Source: Thermosynechococcus sp. M46_R2017_013
GTDB lineage: Bacteria > Cyanobacteriota > Cyanobacteriia > Thermosynechococcales > Thermosynechococcaceae
NCBI GenBank assembly: GCA_015296025.1
Contig: DVDZ01000124.1
Location: 1 to 48,459 of the forward strand
Direction of reading: 5' to 3'
DNA length: 48,459 bases
Each line of letters opens with the position of its first letter. The stretch's first letter is position 1. Shown in pieces: positions 29,209-39,126 of this stretch. The notes below the pieces were generated by a model. The model did no database searches and was not told the origin of the DNA. It worked only from the letters and a program-made list of their open reading frames with translations. A program made the translations under genes and the position numbers.

Positions 29209-31488
29209 ATGTTTCAATCTTGGTTGCAACTAATTGCCAATTCACCGATACTGGCTCCCGCCAAAAATGTCGAAGACTCGCTGCTGCTGCGGTTTGGCGT
29301 CTTGGCCATGGTAATTGTTGGCTTGGTGGCCACGGATGTTGCAGCAGATACGGCCAATAGTATTTGGGCAGTTCCCCTCTCCATTGCTGGGTTTGGTTGG
29401 AGTTGGTGGGCACGGCGGCAAAAAAATATTGCAGCGAAGCTGGCGATCGCCATCGGTATGTTGATGGCGTTGGCCATCTTTTTAGGACGATTGACAACGC
29501 TCAATCAAGATTCGCAGATTCTGCTGACAGAACTTTTAATTCAATTACAAGTCCTCCATAGCTTTGACTTACCTCGGCGCAAGGACCTGGGCTACTCGAT
29601 GGTGATTGCCCTCATTTTAATTAGTGTGGCAGCTAGCTTCAGCCAAACCATGATCTTTGGGCTGTTTCTTTTGATCTTTCTGGCGATCGCCCTACCTGTA
29701 CTTGTTCTTGACTACCGCTCGCGCCTTGGCTTGCTCTCCCCTACCCTGAAATTGCTGCGCTTGCCCTGGCGGCAATGGGTTGGACTTTTTGCTCTGATTC
29801 TCGGCTTGGGGATGGTGGTCTTTCTGCTGCTGCCGCGCTTCCCCGGCTATCAAATTCGCACCCTGCCCGTTAGTGCCGACATTCAGGTGGAAGGGGAGTT
29901 TGACCAAACTCGCGTGATCAATCCCGGCTATGTCAGTGGTCGTAGCCGTGGGAATGGGGGTGAGGAGCTGGCCAATCAAACGTTTGCAGACAGGGGCAGT
30001 GAACTCCCTTCTGAAACTTTTGACAGTAATTTTTATTACGGTTTTAACAGCGAAATAGATCAGACCTTTGGCCTGCCAATGGTGCCCCGGGAACTCATGC
30101 GGGTGCGCTCCCAAGCTCCCGGCTTCTGGCGTGTCCTTGCCTTTGATCAATATACGGGGCGCGGTTGGCGGATTAGTCGCAACGATGAGGCAGAAGTGCT
30201 GCGGCGCTCCCCTTGGAGTTTTCGCTATTTGCTGCCGCAGCAACAACTCTCCCAACTGACCACACGGGAAGTGATTCAGACCTACACGATTGTTTCTGAG
30301 TTTAGTAACCTTATTCCCCACCTCTACGAACCCCGTGAACTCTATTTCCCAACCCGTGAAATTGCCCGCGATCCTGATGGGGGGTTGCGTGCCCCTGTAC
30401 CGTTGCCACAGGGGTTAACCTATTCCGTGATTTCCCAAGTGCCCGTGCGCGATCGCTCCTTGTTGCGCAAAGCACCTAAAATTAATCATCCCCTCGGCTA
30501 TCAGCAGTACCTAGAGGTGCCTAGCCATCTGAAGTCGCGACTGCTAGCGCTGGCCAAAGAGCTGCTTGCCAAAGCCGATCGCCCGATTCCTGAACCCTAT
30601 GAGCAAGCTCTTTACCTCACCCAAGCTCTGAAGCAATCCTATGCCCTAAAAACAGATATTCCTGAATTGGGCAAAGATCAAGATTTGGTCGAAGCCTTTC
30701 TTTTTGAATGGCGAGGGGGCTATCCCGATCACTTTTCTAGTGCCTTGACGCTGCTGTTGCGCAGTATTGGCATTCCCAGCCGCTTGGTAACGGGACTCGG
30801 AACAGGAGAATTTAACCCCTTTACGGGGTTGTATGTGGTTCGCAACACCGATGCCTATGCCCTCACAGAGGCCTATTTCCCGAATTTGGGCTGGTTTCTC
30901 TTTGATCCGATTCCAGGACACGATCTCTATCCAGCAACCCTAGAGGTGGATCAGACCTTTAGTGTCCTGCAGCAGTTTTGGCAGTGGGTGACGGGATGGC
31001 TGCCAACACCAGTGACGGGATTCTTGGGCGCTGTCTTTGCAACGCTAGAAACTGCCCTGCGAAAATTCTTTGATCTGTTTAGTCAAGGGCTAGGGGGCGT
31101 TGTCCAAGGAATGTTGATTCTCTTTGCCAGTATCATTGTTGTTTGGAGCTTATGGTACGCTCTCCAGACGTGGCAATACCGCCAACGGTTGCAAAAACTG
31201 CCGCCGATTGCTCGCCTCTATGTGCAAATGCTCGATGGTTTAGCACAGCAGGGCTTACCCAAGCGACCCAATCAAACTCCTTGGGAATACGCGCGATCGC
31301 TGCAAACCTGTAACCGTCTTGATGCCATCAGTCAACGTGCCATCGAAACCTTGACACAAGCCTATGTAGTTTGGCGCTATGGTGGTGAGCAGCCTCCTTT
31401 GGCTCCCTTGAAGCGCGCTCTAAATCAACTGCGACAACAACACTGGCGATCGCTACAACGCACCATAGCGGATTTTCGCCGTCGTTAA
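29209..31488 (+). CDS. TgpA-like membrane transglutaminase-domain protein (DUF3488/DUF4129 architecture)
   Basis: Multi-TM N-terminus, WR...FD.Y.G.GW, LLRSIGIPSRLVTG, FDP and C-terminal QTPWEYA ... Y..WRYG. Confidence 0.85.
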   Translation: MFQSWLQLIANSPILAPAKNVEDSLLLRFGVLAMVIVGLVATDVAADTANSIWAVPLSIAGFGWSWWARRQKNIAAKLAIAIGMLMALAIFLGRLTTLNQDSQILLTELLIQLQVLHSFDLPRRKDLGYSMVIALILISVAASFSQTMIFGLFLLIFLAIALPVLVLDYRSRLGLLSPTLKLLRLPWRQWVGLFALILGLGMVVFLLLPRFPGYQIRTLPVSADIQVEGEFDQTRVINPGYVSGRSRGNGGEELANQTFADRGSELPSETFDSNFYYGFNSEIDQTFGLPMVPRELMRVRSQAPGFWRVLAFDQYTGRGWRISRNDEAEVLRRSPWSFRYLLPQQQLSQLTTREVIQTYTIVSEFSNLIPHLYEPRELYFPTREIARDPDGGLRAPVPLPQGLTYSVISQVPVRDRSLLRKAPKINHPLGYQQYLEVPSHLKSRLLALAKELLAKADRPIPEPYEQALYLTQALKQSYALKTDIPELGKDQDLVEAFLFEWRGGYPDHFSSALTLLLRSIGIPSRLVTGLGTGEFNPFTGLYVVRNTDAYALTEAYFPNLGWFLFDPIPGHDLYPATLEVDQTFSVLQQFWQWVTGWLPTPVTGFLGAVFATLETALRKFFDLFSQGLGGVVQGMLILFASIIVVWSLWYALQTWQYRQRLQKLPPIARLYVQMLDGLAQQGLPKRPNQTPWEYARSLQTCNRLDAISQRAIETLTQAYVVWRYGGEQPPLAPLKRALNQLRQQHWRSLQRTIADFRRR

Positions 31489-32825
31489 TCCTTGTCCTTT
31501 GGGTTACTCTCCTCGGCGAGGGCATCATGGCTCACCAGCTCGGTCACCAGCACTTTATCGACACGATTGCCATCCATATCCACCACTTCAAAGCGCAGTC
31601 CATCGGTTTCAATGTAATCTCCCGACTGGGGAATGCGGCCAAAAAGGGTAATGATTAGCCCGCCAAGAGTGTGGTAGTTGGCGGTGTCTTCCTCAGGCAA
31701 ACTGTCTCGCCGCAGTAATTCCTTGAGTTCATAGGTGGAAAGCAAACCATCCAACAGCCAAGAGCCGTCCTCCCGCTGAATAATTTGTGGTTCTTCGCCT
31801 TCTTCATGGTGCAGCGTGCCAATAATCGCCTCCGTGAGATCATTGAGGGTAACCAGCCCTTCAATCCCGCCATACTCGTCGGTAATTAGAGCCATGTGCT
31901 GACTCGACTGGCGAAAGAGTTCAAGGACATCGAGTGCCGGTAGACCTTCAGGAACAAACAGCGCCGGTTGCAAAAGCTGGCGCAGATCAATGGATTGCTG
32001 AGTTAAGCGGGCGGCTAAAAAGTCCTTGGCAGAAATAATCCCTAAGCAGTGATCAATCGTTTCTTCGGCAACGGGAAACCGGGAGTGGGAACTGGCCAGA
32101 ATATCGGCTTCGATTTCCTCAAGGGGAGATTCAATATCTAGCCAGACAATGTCGGTGCGGGGGGTCATGATGGACTGAATCGGGCGATCGCCCAAGTTGA
32201 AAATCCGTGCCACCATGTCCTGCTCTGCCACCTCAAAAAGACCCGCCTGTGCCCCTTGCTCAATCAGTACCTTAATTTCATCCTCAGTAACGGTTTGGTC
32301 GGCGGTGGTGGTAATGCCTAATACTTGCAAGATGGCATCTGTGGAGACACTTAATAAATGCACAATTGGGGCTGCTAATTTCGTCAGCCATGTCATTGGT
32401 TTAGCAATATTGCAGGCGATCGCCTCCGGATACGTCATGGCAATGCGCTTTGGGACGAGTTCGCCAATCACAAGGGAAAGATAAGTGATGCCCGTCACCA
32501 CAAGGGCAATACTGAGGGGCTGACTGTACTGTCCTAGCCAAGGTACAGGACTGAGAACTGCCTGTAACCGCTGCGCCAAGGTTGCTCCCCCCACTGCCCC
32601 ACTGAGAATACCAATGAGGGTAATCCCAATTTGGATAGCGGAGAGAAAATTATTGGGAGAGTTGGCTAATTTCAGTGCAGCTCTGGCTTTGCGTTTACCC
32701 CGTTTTGCCAGTTGTTCGAGGCGGACTTTGCGAGCAGAGACCACTGCGATTTCAGCACCAGCAAAAATGCCATTGGCGATGATCAGCAGCAGCACAAGTA
32801 AAATTTCTAAAGCAGCGGCAGACAT
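31485..32825 (-). CDS. Hemolysin/CorC-family CBS-domain protein (DUF21-CBS-CorC)
   Basis: NGIFAGAEIA, IQIGIT, GELVPK, MTPRTDI, HSRFPV and DEYGG. Confidence 0.92.
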   Translation of the reverse strand: MSAAALEILLVLLLIIANGIFAGAEIAVVSARKVRLEQLAKRGKRKARAALKLANSPNNFLSAIQIGITLIGILSGAVGGATLAQRLQAVLSPVPWLGQYSQPLSIALVVTGITYLSLVIGELVPKRIAMTYPEAIACNIAKPMTWLTKLAAPIVHLLSVSTDAILQVLGITTTADQTVTEDEIKVLIEQGAQAGLFEVAEQDMVARIFNLGDRPIQSIMTPRTDIVWLDIESPLEEIEADILASSHSRFPVAEETIDHCLGIISAKDFLAARLTQQSIDLRQLLQPALFVPEGLPALDVLELFRQSSQHMALITDEYGGIEGLVTLNDLTEAIIGTLHHEEGEEPQIIQREDGSWLLDGLLSTYELKELLRRDSLPEEDTANYHTLGGLIITLFGRIPQSGDYIETDGLRFEVVDMDGNRVDKVLVTELVSHDALAEESNPKDKD

Positions 32826-33251
32826 TGCAGCTATGCTTCTAGGGGTAACCCCAGATATACAGTCTTGGTCGGCATCGTCGGTCGTCAGGCTGATTCAAGA
32901 GACTGCTCCTTTACTGCCGATGTTGTTTCCAACATGCTCAATAAATCGCTCCTTGTTATGTTGCCCTGTCGAGGGGATGTGATTCCGTCATTAAGCAGGT
33001 TTAGCTGTTTTGAGGGGGTTCCATCCTTGTGAAAAGGGCTGTTATAGCAGTCAGGATACTGGAATCTGGGAGACTCTACAAGGGGGAGAGGGAATCTGAG
33101 AATAGACGTGATGTTTCCCTAGCTAGCCAATGCACGAGTGGCTTCAGCGTTTCATTACCCGAGGGGCAATCGCCATGCTGGTGCTGTTGATTGTAACTTT
33201 TCTCTGGAGCGCAGAGGTTCTCCATTGACTGTCAGAACCTATTACCCCAAT

Positions 33252-34430
33252 CTATGACTTGTGCGGATAAACCCGTCCTTTCCAAGCACCCCCTTGGCCT
33301 TGCCAGTGGCGACGAGCCGAATCCAGTGTCATTAGCGTATAGAGGAAGGCAATCACGGGGAGTGTCAGTGCCCAAATGCTATTGAGGCCATAGAAACGAA
33401 CCGTTGGCCCGTAGGCGATCGCCATCCCCCCCCAGGTGAGTCCCCCCATGGCGGCCAAGGGCAGAGATGGACTAATGAGACCAATACCAAGGGCAAGGGG
33501 TGCCCACAGATACACGAATGTCATGCCAATTACAGTTCCTACAAGCAAGAGGGGCGAATAGGACAACTGTGTATAGGCGGTGCGAGCCACCATCTGCCAA
33601 ATACTGCCCAGGGTATTGTAGGCACGCAGACTCACAGTAGTCGGTGTTAGCCCCAACCAAATGCGGTAGCCGGCTTGCTTCACAGCGGCGGCCAAAGAAC
33701 AATCATCAATCAGGGCATCGCGAATACGGGCCATGCCACCAATTTTGTCCAGCGCTATGGGATCAATCAAAATACAACCGCCGGCGGCAGCGGCTGTTGA
33801 CCGCTGCGGATCGTTGACCCAGCGGAAGGGATAAAGCTTGGCAAAGAAAAAGACAAAGGCGGGAATGAGTAATTTTTCCCAGACACTTTGGCAGCGCAGT
33901 TTCACCATCAGGGAGACAAGGGCACACTGTTGCCGATGGGCGTGGGCGACCAATTGGCGCAAATTTTGGCGATCGTGGGCAATATCGGCATCGGTGAGGA
34001 GCAAGTAATCGGGGGCAAAGGCACGAGCCGCCTCAATGCCTTGGGAAAGTGCCCAGAGCTTGCCAGACCAACCCCCAGCAAGGGGGGCACCTTGCAACAC
34101 CGTTAGGCGATCGCCCCGATCCAGATCTAGGGCAGTTTGGCGCGCAATCTCCCCTGTGCCATCCGCGCTTTGATCGTCCACCACGATCAGGTGCAGGGTT
34201 CCTGGATAGTCCTGTTCTAGGAGCGATCGCACGCTGGCGCCAATGACAGCAGCTTCGTTGCGGGCCGGAACCACAGCAACAACCGTTGGCCAAGCCCTGA
34301 GGTCTCCTCCTTGGAGTCGTTGATCCATGCGCCAAAACTGTCCCCAAAAAAGCAGCAGGACTAGCCAGATTAGGAGGGCAAGACCCGTTAGACTCAACAG
34401 AAGTAGGGTGAACACAGGAGGCATGATCAT
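33252..34430 (-). CDS. Membrane GT2 glycosyltransferase, HpnB-like
   Basis: VPARNEA, VDDQSADGT, GWSGKLWAL, LLTDAD, AAAGGCIL, LIDDC and WKGR. Confidence 0.82.
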   Translation of the reverse strand: MIMPPVFTLLLLSLTGLALLIWLVLLLFWGQFWRMDQRLQGGDLRAWPTVVAVVPARNEAAVIGASVRSLLEQDYPGTLHLIVVDDQSADGTGEIARQTALDLDRGDRLTVLQGAPLAGGWSGKLWALSQGIEAARAFAPDYLLLTDADIAHDRQNLRQLVAHAHRQQCALVSLMVKLRCQSVWEKLLIPAFVFFFAKLYPFRWVNDPQRSTAAAAGGCILIDPIALDKIGGMARIRDALIDDCSLAAAVKQAGYRIWLGLTPTTVSLRAYNTLGSIWQMVARTAYTQLSYSPLLLVGTVIGMTFVYLWAPLALGIGLISPSLPLAAMGGLTWGGMAIAYGPTVRFYGLNSIWALTLPVIAFLYTLMTLDSARRHWQGQGGAWKGRVYPHKS

Positions 34431-35476
34431 TACAGTTCACTGTCGAGGACTTCTTCAGCCATGGGATGAAGACGCTGATGTTGCTGTCGTCGCGATCGGC
34501 GGCGATATTTTTTTGCATCTAAGAGGGGTTCAAGCCGCTGCTGACCTTGGCTGTCACTCTTAGCCTTGACGCGGGTCACATTTGCCAAGGATGGCTCTGG
34601 ACTGGCCATTGCTTCTAGCTCATGCAAATACTCAAGGTAGAGGGGATAGCGCTCCCAATCACCGCGTACACAGCAGCCCGGTTCCCGATCGTGGCGACAG
34701 TTATCAAAGAGGCACTGATCCTTACTGAGGCGTTGGCGAATCTCTGGGAAAGCTGCCGCCAGTTGCTGGGGGTCTTGGGGCAGTTCGGGCTGGTTAAAGC
34801 CCGGCGTATCGGCAATCCAGCCCCCCTCTGGCAGCGGGAACAGTTCCACATGGCGAGTGGTGTGCCGCCCGCGGTGCCAGTGATTGGAGACCGCACCGAC
34901 GCGAATATCCTCCCGAGGCGAAAGATGACGGATCAAGCTACTTTTACCCACTCCCGACGGGCCACAGACCACTGCAACCTTATGGGCGAGGCGGGGTTGC
35001 AACGTTTGCCAATCCGTTCCTACGACGAGACTGAGAATATCACAACTGTAGCCCCATTGCTGCAGGCGATCGCGCCACTGCTGTTGCTCCTTTAGCGAAA
35101 CCAAATCGGCCTTGGTAAAAACCACGTGAATCTGGACGTTCAAGCCCTCTGCAGTCAACAGAAAGCGGGTAATTTGATGGAGATCGGCAGGGGGATCAGC
35201 TAGGGCAAAAAGGAGCAAAACCTGATCCACATTGGCAATAGCCGGTCGCTGTAATTGATTGCGGCGGGGCAAAATTTCAGTGATCGCGCCCCGGTGTCCT
35301 TGCCAGTCGGGATGGCTAATGACCACCCAATCCCCCACACACACCTGTTGTCCCATCTTTTTTAGACGGGCGCGGCGCACACACAGCAGCTCCTCAATGC
35401 CATTGACGGGTTCCCGCAGCCGGACACGGTAGTAATTGGCCTGAACGGCTCGCACCAAGCCCACCAGATCACTCAT
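34430..35476 (-). CDS. rsgA: Ribosome small subunit-dependent GTPase A
   Basis: Circularly permuted GTPase (TKAD, GPSGVGKSS, GRHTTR, DTPG) and zinc finger CLFDNCRHDREPGC. Confidence 0.95.
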   Translation of the reverse strand: MSDLVGLVRAVQANYYRVRLREPVNGIEELLCVRRARLKKMGQQVCVGDWVVISHPDWQGHRGAITEILPRRNQLQRPAIANVDQVLLLFALADPPADLHQITRFLLTAEGLNVQIHVVFTKADLVSLKEQQQWRDRLQQWGYSCDILSLVVGTDWQTLQPRLAHKVAVVCGPSGVGKSSLIRHLSPREDIRVGAVSNHWHRGRHTTRHVELFPLPEGGWIADTPGFNQPELPQDPQQLAAAFPEIRQRLSKDQCLFDNCRHDREPGCCVRGDWERYPLYLEYLHELEAMASPEPSLANVTRVKAKSDSQGQQRLEPLLDAKKYRRRSRRQQHQRLHPMAEEVLDSEL

Positions 35477-35694
35477 GCGGGACGCTGCACCTGAAGGGCA
35501 AAATAGTCCTGTCGTGGCTCAATTCCAAGGACATCATAGCCCGCCATCCGCAAACTATCCGGCACCTGCTCAATGGGTTCTCCCGCATCCAACCACACCT
35601 CAAGGGGCTGCTGGGGGGGCAACTGTTGTAGGCGCAGTTTTGTGCGCACAAAGTTCAAAGGACAGGGTGTTCCCCGTAGATCCAATGTTTCCAT
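35473..35694 (-). CDS. TusA/SirA-family sulfurtransferase
   Basis: LDLRGTPCPLNFVRTKL; stop overlaps the rsgA start. Confidence 0.88.
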   Translation of the reverse strand: METLDLRGTPCPLNFVRTKLRLQQLPPQQPLEVWLDAGEPIEQVPDSLRMAGYDVLGIEPRQDYFALQVQRPA

Positions 35695-35717
35695 GGCAGG
35701 CAAGTAACCAACTGCAA

Positions 35718-36494
35718 CTATCTTCCCAAAAAGGTGACCACCTTGGCGAATACCTGCTCCCGCTCCACATCAAGGGGTAGCAAGTGATCTGAATCCTTGA
35801 GCCAGTGCAATTCCTTTTGGGAACTGCCCAGTTGCTCATAGATGAGCTGTGCCCCTTGGGGGTCAACGGTGGTGTCAGCATGGCTTTGCAGAATCAGGGT
35901 TGGTGTTGTGATTTGCGATAGTTCCTGCTGCACTTGGGCAATGAGATCGAGGGCACTGCAGACTGCTTGGAGGTTAAAACTTTTGAAAAAACAGGCGGCC
36001 TCTGCTGCTTGACGCAGGGCACGATCCCGAATCGGGAGGCGCCGCCGAGGCAACCAAGGAATCCACTGCCCAAAGGATTCCACTAGTATCTCTGGAGCAA
36101 AGGGAAAAAGCCAAGGCCGATAGATCCGTAAAAAAGGGGCAAGAAGCACTAGCGCATCAACAGGAAAGTGATGGGCAAGATGGAGCGCCAGCGTTCCCCC
36201 CGTCGAAAAGCCGACCACAGCAACCCTTGGGTAGCTCTCTTGCAAAGCTTGAAAGGCAGTGACCACCGCCCCATACCACTGCGGCCATCTTGAGGCCGGC
36301 ATTGGAGCAGCGGGGCAATCGTGTCCCGGATAGAGGATGCCCTGAACAGTCCAACCCACTTCGTAAAGTACCTCTGCCAAAAGTTGTAGTTCATAAACTC
36401 CGCCCCCTAAACCATGGAGCAGTAAACAGGCGCGATCGCCCTCGGCGTGGCTGTAGAAAAAGGGAAGATTGACAAGGTTCACCCATGGACTCAC
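35718..36494 (-). CDS. Alpha/beta hydrolase (carboxylesterase-like)
   Basis: LLHG, PGH, nucleophile motif GFSTGG, D..V and SDH. Confidence 0.88.
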   Translation of the reverse strand: MSPWVNLVNLPFFYSHAEGDRACLLLHGLGGGVYELQLLAEVLYEVGWTVQGILYPGHDCPAAPMPASRWPQWYGAVVTAFQALQESYPRVAVVGFSTGGTLALHLAHHFPVDALVLLAPFLRIYRPWLFPFAPEILVESFGQWIPWLPRRRLPIRDRALRQAAEAACFFKSFNLQAVCSALDLIAQVQQELSQITTPTLILQSHADTTVDPQGAQLIYEQLGSSQKELHWLKDSDHLLPLDVEREQVFAKVVTFLGR

Positions 36495-36514
36495 AACCGA
36501 TACGTTACTCCCCT

Positions 36515-36551
36515 AAAAAATCTACCCCGATGCTAGCGCAACCGAGGTAGA
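36515..36551 (-). terminator. Intrinsic terminator of pflB
   Basis: The minus strand reads TCTACCTCGGTTGC-GCTA-GCATCGGGGTAGA then TTTTTT, about 30 bp after the pflB stop. Confidence 0.65.
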
Positions 36552-36581
36552 GGACGCGACGGTCATCTAGGCGGCAATGAG

Positions 36582-38836
36582 CTACAAGCGTTCATGGAAT
36601 GTGCGGTTAATCACATCCAACTGTTGTTCACGGGTGAGTTTGGTAAAGTTCACCGCATAACCGGAGACACGGATGGTGAGTTGTGGGTACAGTTCGGGGT
36701 GATCCATGGCATCCAACAACATTTCACGGTTAAGCACGTTGACGTTGATGTGGAAGCCCTGATCGTGGATGTACCCATCAAGCATATTTACTAGGTTGTT
36801 GATTTGATCTTCCCGTGTCTTGCCTAAGGCACTGGGCACAATGGAGAACGTGTTGGAGATGCCATCTTGGGCATGGACATAGGGCAGCTTGGCCACAGAG
36901 GCCAGTGAGGCGATCGCCCCTTTCGTGTCGCGACCATGCATGGGGTTAGCTCCCGGAGCAAACGGCTGACCCGCTTTGCGCCCATCGGGGGTATTCCCCG
37001 TTTTCTTGCCATAGACCACGTTAGAGGTAATCGTGAGGATGGACTGGGTGGGCACGGCGTTGCGGTAGGTTTTGTGTTTGCGAATTTCATTCATGAAGGT
37101 TTCCACCAGCCACACCGCAAGGCTATCCACGCGATCGTCGTTGTTGCCATATTTGGGGAAATCGCCGTTGATCTCGTAGTCCACCGCCAGCCCCTCGGCA
37201 TTGCGGATCACTTTCACCTCCGCGTACTTAATGGCTGAGAGGCATCCGCCACCACCGATAGACCCGCCACACCACAGGCCATTGTGCGGAAGACATCGCG
37301 ATCGTGGAGTGCCATCTCCAACCGCTCGTAGCAATACTTGTCGTGCATGTAGTGGATGACGTTGAGGGTATTCACATACACTTTCGCCAACCACGCCATC
37401 ATTTGCTCAAAGCGCGGCAGCACTTCCTCCCACTTCAACGTGTCAGCGGTAATCGGTGCAAACATGGGCGCCACTTGCTCACCAGAGACTTCATCCCGCC
37501 CGCCGTTGATGGCATAGAGGAGGGCTTTGGCTAGGTTCACCCGTGCGCCAAAGAACTGCATTTGCTTGCCAACCCGCATAGCTGACACGCAGCAGGCGAT
37601 CGCGTAGTCATCGCCCCAGTAAGGGCGCATTAGATCATCGTTTTCGTACTGGATGGAGCTGGTGTCAATCGAAACTTGGGCACAGAAGCGCTTGAAAGCC
37701 TCCGGCAGGTTTTCTGACCACAGCACCGTCAAGTTGGGTTCAGGAGCAGGACCTAAGGTGTAGAGGGTATTGAGGATGCGAAAACTGGTTTTCGTCACCA
37801 ATGGGCGCCCATCCAGCCCCATCCCCGCAATGGATTCAGTGACCCACGTAGGATCGCCAGAGAAAAGTTCATTGTACTCCGGCGTGCGCAGGAAGCGTAC
37901 CATTCGCAGCTTCATGACAAAGTGGTCAATCCACTCTTGGATATCGGCTTCTGTGGCCGTACCTTGGCGTAAATCCCGTTCAAAGTAAATGTCGAGGAAG
38001 GTTGAGACCCGCCCCAGGGACATGGCCGCGCCGTTTTGTTCTTTGACAGCCGCAAGGTAACCAAAATAGAGCCACTGAATCGCCTCTTTGCCATTCGCCG
38101 CTGGCCGTGAAATGTCAAAGCCATAGCTGGCGGCCATTTCCTTAAGTTCATTGAGGGCTTTAATTTGCTCTGAGAGTTCTTCCCGCAGGCGGATGGTTTC
38201 TTCATCCATCACATCCAGTTCTAGGGAAGCCTGCTGAGCCTGTTTGTCAGCAATCAAGCGATCCACCCCATAGAGAGCCACGCGGCGATAGTCGCCAATA
38301 ATCCGACCCCGACCATAGGCATCCGGCAGTCCTGTAATGATCCCCGATTTACGGCAACGGCGCATTTCAGGGGTATAGGCATCAAAAACGCCATCGTTGT
38401 GGGTTTTACGATATTTAGTGAAGATTTCCTTCGTGCGCGGGTCTAATTCATAGCCGTAGGCTTTAAGGGAAGTTTCAACAACACGAATGCCGCCAAAGGG
38501 CATAATCGCTCGTTTCAGGGGCTTATCGGTTTGCAGGCCAACGATTTGTTCTAACTCTCGATCGATGTAGCCCGGTGCGTGCGCTGTAATTGAAGAGGGG
38601 ACACTGGTATCGGCATCGAGAACGCCTTTTTCTCGCTCTAGGGCCATCAGATCTCGCACTTTTGCCCAGAGTTTCTGGGTGCGATCGCTGGCGCCCGTTA
38701 GGAAGGAGGCATCCCCTGTGTAGGGGGTATAGTTGCGTTGAATAAAGTCGCGCACATCAATGCGATCGACCCAATCACCACCCGTAAATTCTCGCCATGC
38801 CGCTTCCGGCAATTCTGTGTAGTATGTACAGTTCAT
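36582..38836 (-). CDS. pflB: Pyruvate formate-lyase (frameshifted as assembled near 37241)
   Basis: The 5' ORF has [27 protein letters not shown] and IACCVS. The 3' ORF has glycyl-radical motif TIRVSGYAV. The junction reads GAT GCC TCT CAG; one extra C restores D-A-L-S-A-I-K-Y. Confidence 0.92.
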
Positions 38837-39126
38837 AATCAATGTCCTCATCAACTGTGCAGCAATCTTTCGCGATCGCCTCGAACCGACAGCAATCGCC
38901 CCTTCAAACCTACAAGAACCTACTAACTGCGCGGGTTAAAAAGGAGGAAAGACTTTACTTGGCTTAGGAATAATCACAACAAACGAGCATTTTGTAGGTC
39001 GAGTTTTGTTGCTCTCTTTTTGGCCTTCTCGCACCTACACCCCTATTATAACCCGTGGGTTCTAGGGTCTTATGTTTATAAAATTTTTGCAAAATTTTTA
39101 CGAAAAGTAAATCTTTTTTCATTGGT

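Noticed and set aside
29692-30321. Long antisense or alternative-frame ORFs (209 aa here; also 11729-12259, 10620-11063, 34033-34518)
   Set aside because: They are shadows of well-supported genes and carry no recognisable motifs.
33041-33075. TTATAGCAGTCAGG resembling a cyanobacterial IS/MITE end
   Set aside because: There is no convincing partner inverted repeat, target duplication or transposase remnant nearby.
39070-39112. AT-rich imperfect palindromes upstream of pflB as a Rex/FNR-type site
   Set aside because: The match to either consensus is poor and could be simple A/T tracts.
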